Below are positions 31,737 to 41,581 of a stretch of DNA of 64,000 nt, one piece after another (the stretch's first letter is position 1; every line of letters starts with the position of its first letter). Source of the stretch: Candidatus Cloacimonadales bacterium (GTDB taxonomy: Bacteria > Cloacimonadota > Cloacimonadia > Cloacimonadales > JAFGVF01); assembly GCA_963667035.1 (NCBI GenBank), contig OY762964.1, positions 736,001-800,000 of the forward strand, read 5' to 3'. The notes under the pieces were generated by a model. That model was not told the origin of the DNA, searched no databases, and saw only the letters and a program-made list of their open reading frames with translations. The position numbers and the translations under genes are program-made.

Positions 31737-32795
31737 ATGAAAAAAGTATTACTATGTGTTGTGTTGTTCATTTTCGTCAGTATTACAGGATTAGTAGCAC
31801 TGACATGGTATGATGTTGAACCTAATAATACAATGGGTACAGCTCAGCAGAATATTGATCCGGGTACCAATGCTATTGCATATTGGGACGGTGCAATCAA
31901 TTATGAAGGTGATGTAGATTGGTTTGCATTTCCTTTGAATGGTGGTGATGTTTGTAGGATATCCTTCATCTCTCATGATTCTCAGAATACTTCATGTGAA
32001 TTCTATTCTGATAATCCGCCTAATACAGTAGAAGGAACTGCTACTCCATCATTTGTATTTACATCAAATCCTGTTGCTGCCGGAGATGGACTCTATTATG
32101 CTAGAGTTTCAGGAACAGCAGGATCTTATCCCGCAGCTTATTATCTAAAGCTCGAAAATCTAACAAGTGAGACTTTCCTACCTGTAACATTGTCTACTTT
32201 TACCGCTATCTACAATAATGATGGAGTCGGTATTACATGGACAACTCAAACAGAAACAAATCTGGCAGGCTATAATCTTATTAGAAGCGAAACAACTAAT
32301 ATGACTGAAGGTATCAATGTTAATGGAGCTAAAATTATTGCTCACAATACTTCTACAGTCAAGACTTACAACTTCAAAGATGATGAAATTGAAGGTGCCG
32401 GTGCATACTATTACTGGCTTGAAGTCGTAGAAATTGATGGAGGAATTGATTATCATGGACCTGTTCAGGTTGATATCATTGAGGATGAAGAAGGGGAAGA
32501 GACTCCTGATGTTGTATACCATACAGGTATTATCAGCAGTTATCCTAATCCATTCTCCAGCAATATTGATATCCAGGTTGAAATGGGAAAATCTGCAAAT
32601 ACTGAGATCTCAGTTTATAACATTAAAGGTGAAAAGATTAATGTTATTCAAACCGGAGAGCTGGGTGTAGGTACTCACACCTTTAACTGGAATGGCAGAG
32701 ATGTGCATGGTAAGACAGTTTCAAATGGTATCTACTTCTTTAGATTAAACAGTCATGAAGGGACCTTTACTCATAAGGTAACTTATATTAAGTAA
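31737..32795 (+). CDS. Secreted protein, paralogue 2 of 28740..29798
   Basis: GGAGG before ATG 31737; same architecture; C-terminal ~205 aa nearly identical to paralogue 1. Confidence 0.8.
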   Translation: MKKVLLCVVLFIFVSITGLVALTWYDVEPNNTMGTAQQNIDPGTNAIAYWDGAINYEGDVDWFAFPLNGGDVCRISFISHDSQNTSCEFYSDNPPNTVEGTATPSFVFTSNPVAAGDGLYYARVSGTAGSYPAAYYLKLENLTSETFLPVTLSTFTAIYNNDGVGITWTTQTETNLAGYNLIRSETTNMTEGINVNGAKIIAHNTSTVKTYNFKDDEIEGAGAYYYWLEVVEIDGGIDYHGPVQVDIIEDEEGEETPDVVYHTGIISSYPNPFSSNIDIQVEMGKSANTEISVYNIKGEKINVIQTGELGVGTHTFNWNGRDVHGKTVSNGIYFFRLNSHEGTFTHKVTYIK

Positions 32796-32816
32796 AATAA
32801 CAATAAAGAGAGAATG

Positions 32817-32845
32817 AAAGGGATGCTACGGCGTCCCTTTTCTTA
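32817..32845 (+). terminator. Intrinsic terminator (IS-free homologue of the hairpin at 29821)
   Basis: AAAGGGATGC-TACG-GCGTCCCTTT followed by T-rich sequence. Confidence 0.8.
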
Positions 32846-33000
32846 TGTTAAAGGCTAGAGTATCTGATGCGAGGTATGAAACAAATCAGGAACATATTAT
32901 AAGTCAATAAGTTGATACTGAGAATTATTATAGTTAAGGATTATTTAAAAAATATCATTGACAAGATAGCAAGAGTTGGAAACTTTAATCTCACATGTGA

Positions 33001-33076
33001 GCGGGAGTAGCTCAGCTGGTAGAGCGCCACCTTGCCAAGGTGGTTGTCGCGGGTTCGAATCCCGTCTCCCGCTCCA
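33001..33076 (+). tRNA. tRNA-Gly(GCC)
   Basis: Cloverleaf; anticodon arm CCACC-TTGCCAA-GGTGG; TTCGAAT T-loop; encoded CCA. Confidence 0.97.
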
Positions 33077-33081
33077 TAGAA

Positions 33082-33155
33082 GGCGACATCGCCAAGTGGT
33101 AAGGCAGAGGTCTGCAAAATCTCCATCCCCGGTTCGAATCCGGGTGTCGCCTCCA
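33082..33155 (+). tRNA. tRNA-Cys(GCA)
   Basis: GGCGACA/TGTCGCC acceptor stem; CTGCAAA anticodon loop; CCA. Confidence 0.96.
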
Positions 33156-33173
33156 CTAATTAAGAATAATCGT

Positions 33174-33261
33174 GCCGGAGTGGTGGAATTGGTAGACACA
33201 AGGGACTTAAAATCCCTCGAGATTCTATCTCGTGCCGGTTCAAGTCCGGCCTCTGGTACCA
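33174..33261 (+). tRNA. tRNA-Leu(TAA)
   Basis: AGGGA-CTTAAAA-TCCCT anticodon arm; long variable arm; CCA. Confidence 0.96.
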
Positions 33262-33274
33262 AATATAAAATAGA

Positions 33275-33350
33275 GCGGGAGTAGCTCAGCTGGTAGAGCG
33301 CCACCTTGCCAAGGTGGTTGTCGCGGGTTCGAATCCCGTCTCCCGCTCCA
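33275..33350 (+). tRNA. tRNA-Gly(GCC), second identical copy
   Basis: Identical to 33001..33076. Confidence 0.97.
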
Positions 33351-33489
33351 TTTTTATGCACGATTATCTCCACTTAATACCGTATACAATCAAGTATAAA
33401 TCCGATTATATCCAATAATCCGAGAAATAAATTGACACTTACCATGTTTCTATTGATAATTTAACTAAATATGATTATCAGAGGCTAGT

Positions 33490-34884
33490 ATGAACTATAT
33501 ACATCAGTTTGTAGACAAAATGAAATCGGAAAATCTGGTTAACCAAGTAATAGAGACATTCATTCAATATTATCAAAACTACGTAAATGGAGATAAAGGT
33601 CTTCTTAGCAGAGAAGAGATAGAACCACCGGAGGAACAAGACGTTATCAATTATAATGATCTCTCCGAATATACCCCGAATCTACTATCTGAACTAGCCG
33701 TATGTAAGCTGAATGGTGGCTTGGGTACCTCTATGGGCTTAACAAAAGCGAAGTCACTTCTACCTGTATTCCAAACAGAGAATGGAACCGATTTAACCTT
33801 TTTGGATGTTATTCTTAAGCAATTAGAATCTATACACAAACAGTATGATGTAGAAACCACATTCCTACTTATGAATAGTTATAATACCGATAAAGATACT
33901 AAAGAGGCTATAGATGTTTATGACTGGCTAAAGCATCAATCACTTGAAGTTTGTTTTTTACAAAACAAATATCCGAGAATTAGGAAAGATGATAACTCGC
34001 CACTACAACTTGACGATGAAGACTCGAATTGGAATCCACCGGGACATGGAGATATCTATACAGCTTTATCATCAAATGGAATACTTGATAAACTGATTGC
34101 TGAGGGTAAGGAATATCTTTTTATTTCCAACTCTGATAATCTTGGAGCAACTCCTGATGTAAAGATTCTTACTTACCTGAAAAATAATGACATACCATTT
34201 CTGATGGAAGTTTGTAAAAGAACAGATATGGATAAGAAAGGTGGTCATTTAGCTAGAAGCAAGTCAGGTAATTTATTGTTGAGAGAAGTTGCACAATGTC
34301 CTGATAATGAGATAGAAGAATTTCAGAATATAGATTTATACTCATTCTTTAATACAAATAGTCTCTGGGTTAACTTGAAAAAGCTAAAGAGTTATTTATC
34401 TGATAATGGCGATAGAATGACCCTACCTTTGATTGTGAATCCTAAGAATGTAAACGGGGTAGATGTAATCCAACTTGAAACTGCTATGGGTGCAGCTATA
34501 AGCGTTTTTAAGGGAGCAAAAGCATTGGAAGTTCCCAGATCAAGGTTTATTCCTGTGAAAAAGACTAATGAGTTACTATTACTATGGTCTAAAGTATATT
34601 TGTTAAATGATAGATATGAGGTAATACTGAATAGTAATAGAACTAGTGTTCCACAAATACACTTAGATCAAAGATTCTATAAAACGGTTGATGATTTAAA
34701 AGAGAAGCTTTGGAAACATAAACCTGACTTTAGAAGATGTCGTTCTCTTCAGATTGATGGTAATGTATGGTTTGGTGATAACGTAGTAATTATTGGGGAT
34801 GTAAGTGTTAATGGATGTGATAAGAAGTATGAGATAAATAATCGTATCCTTGAGGGATTAGTATTTTGCCATCCGGAGCTATAG
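33490..34884 (+). CDS. UTP--glucose-1-phosphate uridylyltransferase, UDPGP (eukaryote-like) family
   Basis: KLNGGLGTSMG..KAKS, LMNS, WNPPGHGD, SNSDNLGA, DKKGG, FNTN, QLETAMG, RSRFIPVK. Confidence 0.93.
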   Translation: MNYIHQFVDKMKSENLVNQVIETFIQYYQNYVNGDKGLLSREEIEPPEEQDVINYNDLSEYTPNLLSELAVCKLNGGLGTSMGLTKAKSLLPVFQTENGTDLTFLDVILKQLESIHKQYDVETTFLLMNSYNTDKDTKEAIDVYDWLKHQSLEVCFLQNKYPRIRKDDNSPLQLDDEDSNWNPPGHGDIYTALSSNGILDKLIAEGKEYLFISNSDNLGATPDVKILTYLKNNDIPFLMEVCKRTDMDKKGGHLARSKSGNLLLREVAQCPDNEIEEFQNIDLYSFFNTNSLWVNLKKLKSYLSDNGDRMTLPLIVNPKNVNGVDVIQLETAMGAAISVFKGAKALEVPRSRFIPVKKTNELLLLWSKVYLLNDRYEVILNSNRTSVPQIHLDQRFYKTVDDLKEKLWKHKPDFRRCRSLQIDGNVWFGDNVVIIGDVSVNGCDKKYEINNRILEGLVFCHPEL

Positions 34885-34885
34885 A

Positions 34886-35671
34886 TTGTCATTATATGAT
34901 TTTTATCAGGTAGACAGTTTTACAAATCAAGCCTTCAAGGGTAATCCTGCCGGAGTAGTAATATTGGATAAGGAATTGAGTGATTCAATACTACAGAGCA
35001 TTGCCAAGGAGATTAATCTTTCGGAAACAGCCTTCGTAGTTGACAATGGTAAGGAACTTAACATTAGGTGGTTTACTCCAGAAACCGAAGTTAAACTATG
35101 TGGACATGGAACATTAGCTGCATCTCAAGTATTGTTTAAAGAAAAAGCAATTTCAGAATGCAAATTCAAGAGTAAATCCGGTGATTTGTATGCCAGATAC
35201 CTAGATGGTGAAGTTTCTCTTGTATTTCCTGCTTCCTATCCACGTAGGGACTATCATAATGTTGCACTAAAAGATTTGTTACCCCAAGTCGAGGCAATGA
35301 AAATAGCTGATGATTTGAATTATGTCTTGACTGAGTTTACCGATAGAGTTGACTTAATAAAGTTCAAACCTGATTATAAAGCATTGAAAGATGTAGCTAA
35401 TCTTTCCGGTTTAATAATAACATGTAGAGATAATGAGTATGATTTCATTAGCCGTTTCTTTGATCCTTGGGAAGGTATACTTGAAGATCCGGTAACAGGA
35501 TCGGCTCATTGCGTGTTAACGCCTTATTGGAGTGAGAGATTAAACAAAAAAGAGTTAAGGGCATATCAAGCTTCTGAAAGAGGTGGGATTATTAAGTGTT
35601 ATGATGATGGGGATAAAGTAGTGCTAAAAGGTGAAGCAGTAATAGTAATTAAAGGGAAAATAGAGTTTTAA
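34886..35671 (+). CDS. PhzF family epimerase/isomerase
   Basis: FKGNPA, NLSETAF, RWFTPETEVKLCGHGTLA, EDPVTGSAH. Confidence 0.93.
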   Translation: MSLYDFYQVDSFTNQAFKGNPAGVVILDKELSDSILQSIAKEINLSETAFVVDNGKELNIRWFTPETEVKLCGHGTLAASQVLFKEKAISECKFKSKSGDLYARYLDGEVSLVFPASYPRRDYHNVALKDLLPQVEAMKIADDLNYVLTEFTDRVDLIKFKPDYKALKDVANLSGLIITCRDNEYDFISRFFDPWEGILEDPVTGSAHCVLTPYWSERLNKKELRAYQASERGGIIKCYDDGDKVVLKGEAVIVIKGKIEF

Positions 35672-35681
35672 AGGAACAAAT

Positions 35682-36554
35682 ATGAGAGTAAGTAAGGCTC
35701 AGAAGATAAGGTTAGGAGTATTTATATTCAGTGGATTTCTATTGATAATACTGCTAGTGGTGATTGTTGCAGGGAATAAGCTAATGGAGAAAAGGGACAT
35801 CTATTACGTTGAATATACAGATTCATCAGTGAATGGATTATCTACAGGAGGAGCAGTAAAATATCATGGTATTGATATTGGAAGGGTCGATAAGATAGAA
35901 GTCAATCCTAAAGATATTACCAGGGTTATCGTAACAATAAGTGTTACCAGAGGGACTCCTATTAAAGAAGATGTTGAAGCAACTCTAGTACCTGTGGGAA
36001 TAACAGGGTTAAAGTCAATTGAGCTCACGGGTGGTACTAACGAAGCGGATTTACTCCCAACTTATCAGAACATTAAACCGGGATTATCTACATTTGATAA
36101 CCTTTCAGGTAGGGCTACTTCTATAGCTGAGAAACTTGAACAGCTTGTTAGTAATTTAAACGAACTAACAAACCCTCAAACTCAGAGAGACATAAGCCAG
36201 ATAATTGCAAATACAAATGATATAGTTACTAGTAATAAAGATTCGATTAACAATACAATTGTCAATTTAGATAGAATCACATACAATGCTGACCGACTAG
36301 TAGGTAATCTAGCAGCATTCTCGGATTCGTTGGACAAAATTGATATTGCAGATACGATTGATAGACTCAATACAACTATAGACCAAACAACTATAGCTAT
36401 TACAAACATAGACCGACTTATTTCAAAGAACAGGATAAATGTCGATGAATCATTGGAGTCATTAAGAGAAACTCTTGAAAGTCTAAATGAGTTTGCTCGT
36501 CAGATTAATGAAGATCCATCTGTAATTCTTCGCGGAAGCACGGGAGGGGAGTAG
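35682..36554 (+). CDS. MlaD/MCE family protein
   Basis: N-terminal TM; SVNGL..GGAVKYHGIDIGRV; GITGLKSIELTGG; helical C-terminus. Confidence 0.9.
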   Translation: MRVSKAQKIRLGVFIFSGFLLIILLVVIVAGNKLMEKRDIYYVEYTDSSVNGLSTGGAVKYHGIDIGRVDKIEVNPKDITRVIVTISVTRGTPIKEDVEATLVPVGITGLKSIELTGGTNEADLLPTYQNIKPGLSTFDNLSGRATSIAEKLEQLVSNLNELTNPQTQRDISQIIANTNDIVTSNKDSINNTIVNLDRITYNADRLVGNLAAFSDSLDKIDIADTIDRLNTTIDQTTIAITNIDRLISKNRINVDESLESLRETLESLNEFARQINEDPSVILRGSTGGE

Positions 36555-36557
36555 GAA

Positions 36558-38678
36558 ATGAATAAAATCAAAATAGTCGTATTAATTATGTTAACTCTGA
36601 TATTAGCTGCTTGCTCTTTTAACAGGAATATCGAAAGCACAAATTACTACATCCTTGATTATAATGGCTGTAATGAGCAACAAAATCTAAAATTGAAAGC
36701 TCCTTACAATTATACTGTGCAGATTAATGAAACCAGATTACCTAGAACGTATGATAGAAATCAGATAGTTTCCAAATATACTTTCAATCAAATTACTTAC
36801 TTGAAAAGACATCTTTGGAGCTCGAAACTGTATGATGCAATACCTAACTTGATTTCACAAAGAATCAAATGCTACAATATCTTTAAAAGAGTGGGAAGAG
36901 TAAACTCAGCATCAATTCCCGATTTCTATATTGATACGAATGTTTCTAACATTGAGCAATACTTGGATGACGGAAAGCAGTTTGCTCATTTAAAGATGGA
37001 GTTTATTCTCAAGAGTGGAAAGGATAACAAGGAACTGTTCAGCTATAATAACGACAGAACAAAAAGAGTGTATTCTACTGGAATAGATGGTGTAGTAAGT
37101 ACTCTAAACGATTTAATCTTGGAAGAGACCAATACATTCAGTAGGCTTATTGTTAGTTATCTGGAGAAAAAAGAGATTCCTGATGATAGTTTGATAGAGA
37201 AACTTGCTGAAGCAAACAAGGACTTTGAAGAGATAAGCGGCAACATTAACAATGTCGGTGAATTACTAGTTCCTGCAATTTATGACGGTGAAATGGAACC
37301 TGAGTATTATATCTATTCTTCCGGTGGAGATTTTATTGAAGAAGCAACAATGGGAGATGTTATCCGATTACCTAAAGATGAATACAAGCTTAGAATAGGA
37401 ACAGATCAGTTAATCGATACACAAGTGGAAGTAAAAGCAGGATACCGGAGAGTTATAAAACCTACTTGGGGTGTTCTCATTGTTAACATTATTGATGAAG
37501 ACAGAAATGATGTCAAAATGCGCTATGAGATTTTCCAGGAAAATGATGAACGAGTTCGTTCTTTCGGAACTTACTATAGTTCCAGTGATAGGATTACAGA
37601 ACCTCCTGATGCTCATGTACTACTTCCGGGAATGTATAAGTTAACTATCAATGGAAGACCTTTCAATACCTATATAGATTTCACTTCTGTAACTATAAGT
37701 GAAGAAGAAACTTATGAACTTACTATTGTTGTTGAATCTTTAGATGAGAATGAAGTGTCAAGTGATAGAAAACTTTTAGGTGCAGGCGTAATAAGATCGG
37801 AATCTGATAGAAGAATCAGTCAGAATGGTAAATGGGACAATGCTTTGTATGTTATTGCCAATTTCAATTCGGATAATAAAACAGCAGAAGATGATCGTAA
37901 AACTTCAATGACTTTTATTGGTGAGTTTGATAACAAGTATGATTATGAAAAGGGTCCTTTCCACTATAGCATGAAAAGTTTATACAGTATTGAGTTGAAT
38001 TGGGAAACAGATGAGGACTTTAAAGTTAAGAATGATGATTACAATCTCGAAAACACTGTAATTTATAATGTTATGGGCGGACTTGGTTTATATGGAAGGG
38101 CTGATCTTGCGTGTCATTTCTCGCCTACTTACGACTATATATCTAATGGCGAAACCAGAGATATTGAGTTAAGAGATGCGGATAATAATGTGTCAGATTA
38201 TTTAACTGATAGAGATAAGTTTAAGTATCAACCAACTATTTTCCCATTAGTATTGAAAGAAGGTGCCGGTCTTAACTACAGATTCTTCCAAAATATCAGT
38301 TCTGTAAAAATGAGTATTAGAGGAGGAATAGGATGGGAGCAAGAAGTATATCATGATACCTATTCCCAGCAAAGCAGCTCTGACTCCCTTTATGTTTATA
38401 GAGAACTTGAGAATGATTATACAACAGGCTTTGAGTTATCCGCTTTAGGTACACTTTCAATGAAGAAAATGCCTGTTGATTATACGCTTAGTGCTGATTT
38501 TCTTTTCCCGTTTGATGCTAATGATGAAGCTAAATACGATATTGAGAATATTCTTACCCTTAACTTAATTAAAAATGTTTCCTGGGATATCAAAGCTACT
38601 TTCACTAAAGGTGTCCAAGGAAGAGATTATTGGGTACTTGATTACGGTACATTCTTAAGGCTTTCGTTGTTCTATTAA
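36558..38678 (+). CDS. Lipoprotein: ABC-transport auxiliary (PqiC-like) N-terminal domain fused to a long C-terminal region, possibly a beta-barrel
   Basis: Lipobox LAAC; YYILDY, YDRNQIV and HLWS motifs; located in an MCE operon; aromatic amphipathic C-terminus FLRLSLFY. Confidence 0.65.
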   Translation: MNKIKIVVLIMLTLILAACSFNRNIESTNYYILDYNGCNEQQNLKLKAPYNYTVQINETRLPRTYDRNQIVSKYTFNQITYLKRHLWSSKLYDAIPNLISQRIKCYNIFKRVGRVNSASIPDFYIDTNVSNIEQYLDDGKQFAHLKMEFILKSGKDNKELFSYNNDRTKRVYSTGIDGVVSTLNDLILEETNTFSRLIVSYLEKKEIPDDSLIEKLAEANKDFEEISGNINNVGELLVPAIYDGEMEPEYYIYSSGGDFIEEATMGDVIRLPKDEYKLRIGTDQLIDTQVEVKAGYRRVIKPTWGVLIVNIIDEDRNDVKMRYEIFQENDERVRSFGTYYSSSDRITEPPDAHVLLPGMYKLTINGRPFNTYIDFTSVTISEEETYELTIVVESLDENEVSSDRKLLGAGVIRSESDRRISQNGKWDNALYVIANFNSDNKTAEDDRKTSMTFIGEFDNKYDYEKGPFHYSMKSLYSIELNWETDEDFKVKNDDYNLENTVIYNVMGGLGLYGRADLACHFSPTYDYISNGETRDIELRDADNNVSDYLTDRDKFKYQPTIFPLVLKEGAGLNYRFFQNISSVKMSIRGGIGWEQEVYHDTYSQQSSSDSLYVYRELENDYTTGFELSALGTLSMKKMPVDYTLSADFLFPFDANDEAKYDIENILTLNLIKNVSWDIKATFTKGVQGRDYWVLDYGTFLRLSLFY

Positions 38679-38679
38679 T

Positions 38680-39741
38680 ATGATTGAAATACAAAGCGAT
38701 ATTATCAAAATAAGTGACAATCTTGATAGGAATTCGGTTCCTGAATTCTATTCTATTGTTGATAAGATTAAAGCAACTCCGACTAGTATCGACCTTAGTG
38801 CTGTAACAAGAATAGATAGTTCGGGAGTAGCATTTGTTGATACAATTAAAGAGAAGTATCCTGATATTGTTATTATTGCAGGGAATGAGAGAGTGAAGGA
38901 TGCATTAAGTGTCTTTTCTTTTACAAATCCTGTTGATACATCAGAGAACACGAAAGAGAACTTTTTTGAGAAGATCGGTTCAAGGTTCTTTGAAATCAAA
39001 GATGATATTACAGATCTTCTGTTCTTAGCTTCCGATATTGTTTTCTGGTCACTCCACGATTTGTTTAGTAGTAAAGGACAGAGAAAGGGAGCATTTACTC
39101 AGCAATGTATACTCTTGGGTTTAGATGCGGTAGGAATCATTAGTTTACTATCAATCATTCTAGGCTTTATCATGGCTGTTCAATCAGGTAATCAACTAAG
39201 ACAATTCGGAGCTAGTGTATTCCTGGCAGATATGCTTTCGGTAACTCTAGTGAATGAACTTGGACCTATCTTGACTGCGATTATAATAGCGGGTAGGAGT
39301 GGCTCATCAATTGCTTCCGAGTTAGCTAGTATGCAGGTGATGGAAGAGATAGATGCTTTAAAGATAATGGCGATAAATCCTACAAGATTTGTAATTGTTC
39401 CGAAGTTTCATGCAATAACGGTTTGCATGCCAGTTCTTCTATTAATAAGTATTATTGTCTCACTAGGAGCAGGTTTGCTTGTGGGAGTATCATTTCTTGG
39501 TTTAAGTCCTATTACGTTTTTTGACAGAGCAATAGAGATTCTCGATGTAAGAGACGTATTAGTTAGTTTTGTAAAAACAACTTTCTTCGCATGGGTCATC
39601 GTTATAATAGGAAGTCACATGGGATTGAAAGTAAAAGGTGGGGCAGAGGGAGTTGGAAAAGCAACAACCGACTCAGTGGTTACATCCATATTTGCAGTTA
39701 TTGTTCTGGATGCTCTCTTTAGCTTTATATACTTAGTATGA
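38680..39741 (+). CDS. MlaE-family ABC permease with N-terminal STAS-like domain
   Basis: IDLSAVTRIDSSGVA; ELGPILTAIIIAGRSGS; EEIDAL; GGAEGVGKATT. Confidence 0.92.
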   Translation: MIEIQSDIIKISDNLDRNSVPEFYSIVDKIKATPTSIDLSAVTRIDSSGVAFVDTIKEKYPDIVIIAGNERVKDALSVFSFTNPVDTSENTKENFFEKIGSRFFEIKDDITDLLFLASDIVFWSLHDLFSSKGQRKGAFTQQCILLGLDAVGIISLLSIILGFIMAVQSGNQLRQFGASVFLADMLSVTLVNELGPILTAIIIAGRSGSSIASELASMQVMEEIDALKIMAINPTRFVIVPKFHAITVCMPVLLLISIIVSLGAGLLVGVSFLGLSPITFFDRAIEILDVRDVLVSFVKTTFFAWVIVIIGSHMGLKVKGGAEGVGKATTDSVVTSIFAVIVLDALFSFIYLV

Positions 39742-40484
39742 TGAATAAAGAACCAATAATTGAAGTAAAAGACTTAGTTGCCAAATATGGTGAGACGACC
39801 ATATTAGATGGTATTACGGTTGATTTCTATCCAAACGAGGTTACAGTTATCTTAGGTGGAAGTGGTTGTGGTAAATCAACTCTTCTGAAAAATATTCTAC
39901 GGATGTATGAACCGTTTAGCGGTAGTGTAAAGATGTTTGGAGAGGAAGTCACCCAACTGGAAGCAGGAGAATTTGAGAAAGTGCTTAAGAGGATTGGAAT
40001 GCTCTTTCAAGCCGGATCTTTGATTAACTCGATTCCTGTTTGGGATAATCTGGCAATTCCTATAGAACAACACACTAAACTGCCCTATGCTGTAATTGAC
40101 AAAATGATAAGAACCAAATTGCATCTTGTTCAATTAGACCATGCAGTCCAATTATTACCCTCTGAGCTATCCGGTGGTATGGTTAAGCGAGCAGGACTTG
40201 CTCGTTCTATTATATTGGATCCGGAGATTCTTTTTTGTGATGAGCCTTCTGCAGGACTAGATCCATTAACCAGTGAGTCATTGGACAAGCTTATCTTGGA
40301 ATTGAAGAAACAGATGAATATGAGTATCATAGTTGTAACGCATGAGTTAGCGTCAATTCATAGGATAGCTGATAAAGTTATATTTTTAGAGAAAGGTAAG
40401 ATGCTTTTTCACGGAACTCTGAAGGATGCAAAAAAAAGTGGCATTAAAGAAGTTGAAACATTCTTTAATGCCGGAAGATTCTAA
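39738..40484 (+). CDS. MlaF-family ABC ATP-binding protein
   Basis: GGSGCGKS, ELSGGM, CDEPSAGLDP, VTHE. Confidence 0.93.
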   Translation: MMNKEPIIEVKDLVAKYGETTILDGITVDFYPNEVTVILGGSGCGKSTLLKNILRMYEPFSGSVKMFGEEVTQLEAGEFEKVLKRIGMLFQAGSLINSIPVWDNLAIPIEQHTKLPYAVIDKMIRTKLHLVQLDHAVQLLPSELSGGMVKRAGLARSIILDPEILFCDEPSAGLDPLTSESLDKLILELKKQMNMSIIVVTHELASIHRIADKVIFLEKGKMLFHGTLKDAKKSGIKEVETFFNAGRF

Positions 40485-40489
40485 GTTGA

Positions 40490-40945
40490 TCAAATAATTG
40501 ATTTTAAATCATTCAGTAAGTATTCTTTATCGCTAGGTTCAGTTATCAATTCCGCTTCAGCCTTAGCTTTATTGATAAACTCTTCAGCTTTGCTATTATT
40601 TTTGATAACGCTGTAAGCTCTTGCAATAGCTTCAAAAGCAAATGCTTTGTCAAAACCGCTTAAGTCATTATTTTCACATATTTGTAAGGCTCGTTGACCA
40701 TGCTTTAATGCTGATTCTCCCATCTTTAAAGTAGCATAAACTCTTGAGATTTGCCATTCGCCTGTGTAGATTTGCTTTGCTCCACCAACTTGCATCCAGT
40801 GGTACAATGATGTGTGGGCAGAGTGTATCATTTCAAGATCATGCTCGGGTGTTCTATCTGATTTATCAAGTAAGTCCCATGTACCGTTAAACAGATTAAT
40901 CGCAAAGTATTTATGAATTTGTTCCATTTCTTCTTTGTTTGCCAT
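40490..40945 (-). CDS. Hypothetical helical protein
   Basis: 151-aa ORF downstream of the C_GCAxxG_C_C gene; no function recognised. Confidence 0.7.
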   Translation of the reverse strand: MANKEEMEQIHKYFAINLFNGTWDLLDKSDRTPEHDLEMIHSAHTSLYHWMQVGGAKQIYTGEWQISRVYATLKMGESALKHGQRALQICENNDLSGFDKAFAFEAIARAYSVIKNNSKAEEFINKAKAEAELITEPSDKEYLLNDLKSII

Positions 40946-40958
40946 TTTTTATCCTTAT

Positions 40959-41462
40959 CTATTTCAAGTTGAGTATCTTCTCAACTACCCACTGAGCAAT
41001 TTCACCGGTGAGCATAGCACACTTGTTTTTTCTCAATGTTTTAAATTCTTTAGACTCTTCTTCTTTCCAAAAATCCCAATGTTTACCGGTAAACTCCTTT
41101 TGATAGTTGTTACAAGAAACACAATCATATCTGTCTTTGAACTTATCATAGAGTTGTTTAGAGTACTGATAGCTTTTGAGAAATCTTCCGTTTCCGAAAC
41201 CTTCTTGATTTCTATCCCTGCCAAAATAAGCACCTAGAGCTAGTTGTCCTCCTGCCATTGCACCACATGTGCCTTCTCCCGATAAACCACCTCCACCGGC
41301 TAGAGCATGAGCAGCTTTAATAACGGAATCATCTATTCCACCAATTGTTTCTTGTACGGCAGCTAATACACATTGCGGACAGCATCCGTATCTCTCATCA
41401 TAAGCATAAGCTATTTGGTATGCTTTCTCGGCTAAGGCCACTTTTTCTTCTTTACTATGCAT
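40959..41462 (-). CDS. C_GCAxxG_C_C family putative redox protein
   Basis: CCPQC, GTCGAMAGG, SC and C-terminal Cys pattern. Confidence 0.85.
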   Translation of the reverse strand: MHSKEEKVALAEKAYQIAYAYDERYGCCPQCVLAAVQETIGGIDDSVIKAAHALAGGGGLSGEGTCGAMAGGQLALGAYFGRDRNQEGFGNGRFLKSYQYSKQLYDKFKDRYDCVSCNNYQKEFTGKHWDFWKEEESKEFKTLRKNKCAMLTGEIAQWVVEKILNLK

Positions 41463-41581
41463 TTGCTTCTCCTAGATAATAATTGTACACTTTATTTAGT
41501 CCGATTATTGAATGTCAAGTTTACTTTGACAGAATTTCACAACATACTTTAATTAAGCAAAATGTTGTAAAAGGAATATAA

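Noticed and set aside
28740..32795. Diversity-generating retroelement template/variable repeat
   Set aside because: No reverse transcriptase in the window, and differences in the shared region are few and not adenine-specific.
32941..33373. Three ORFs in the ORF track over the tRNA cluster
   Set aside because: They are shadow translations of tRNA genes.
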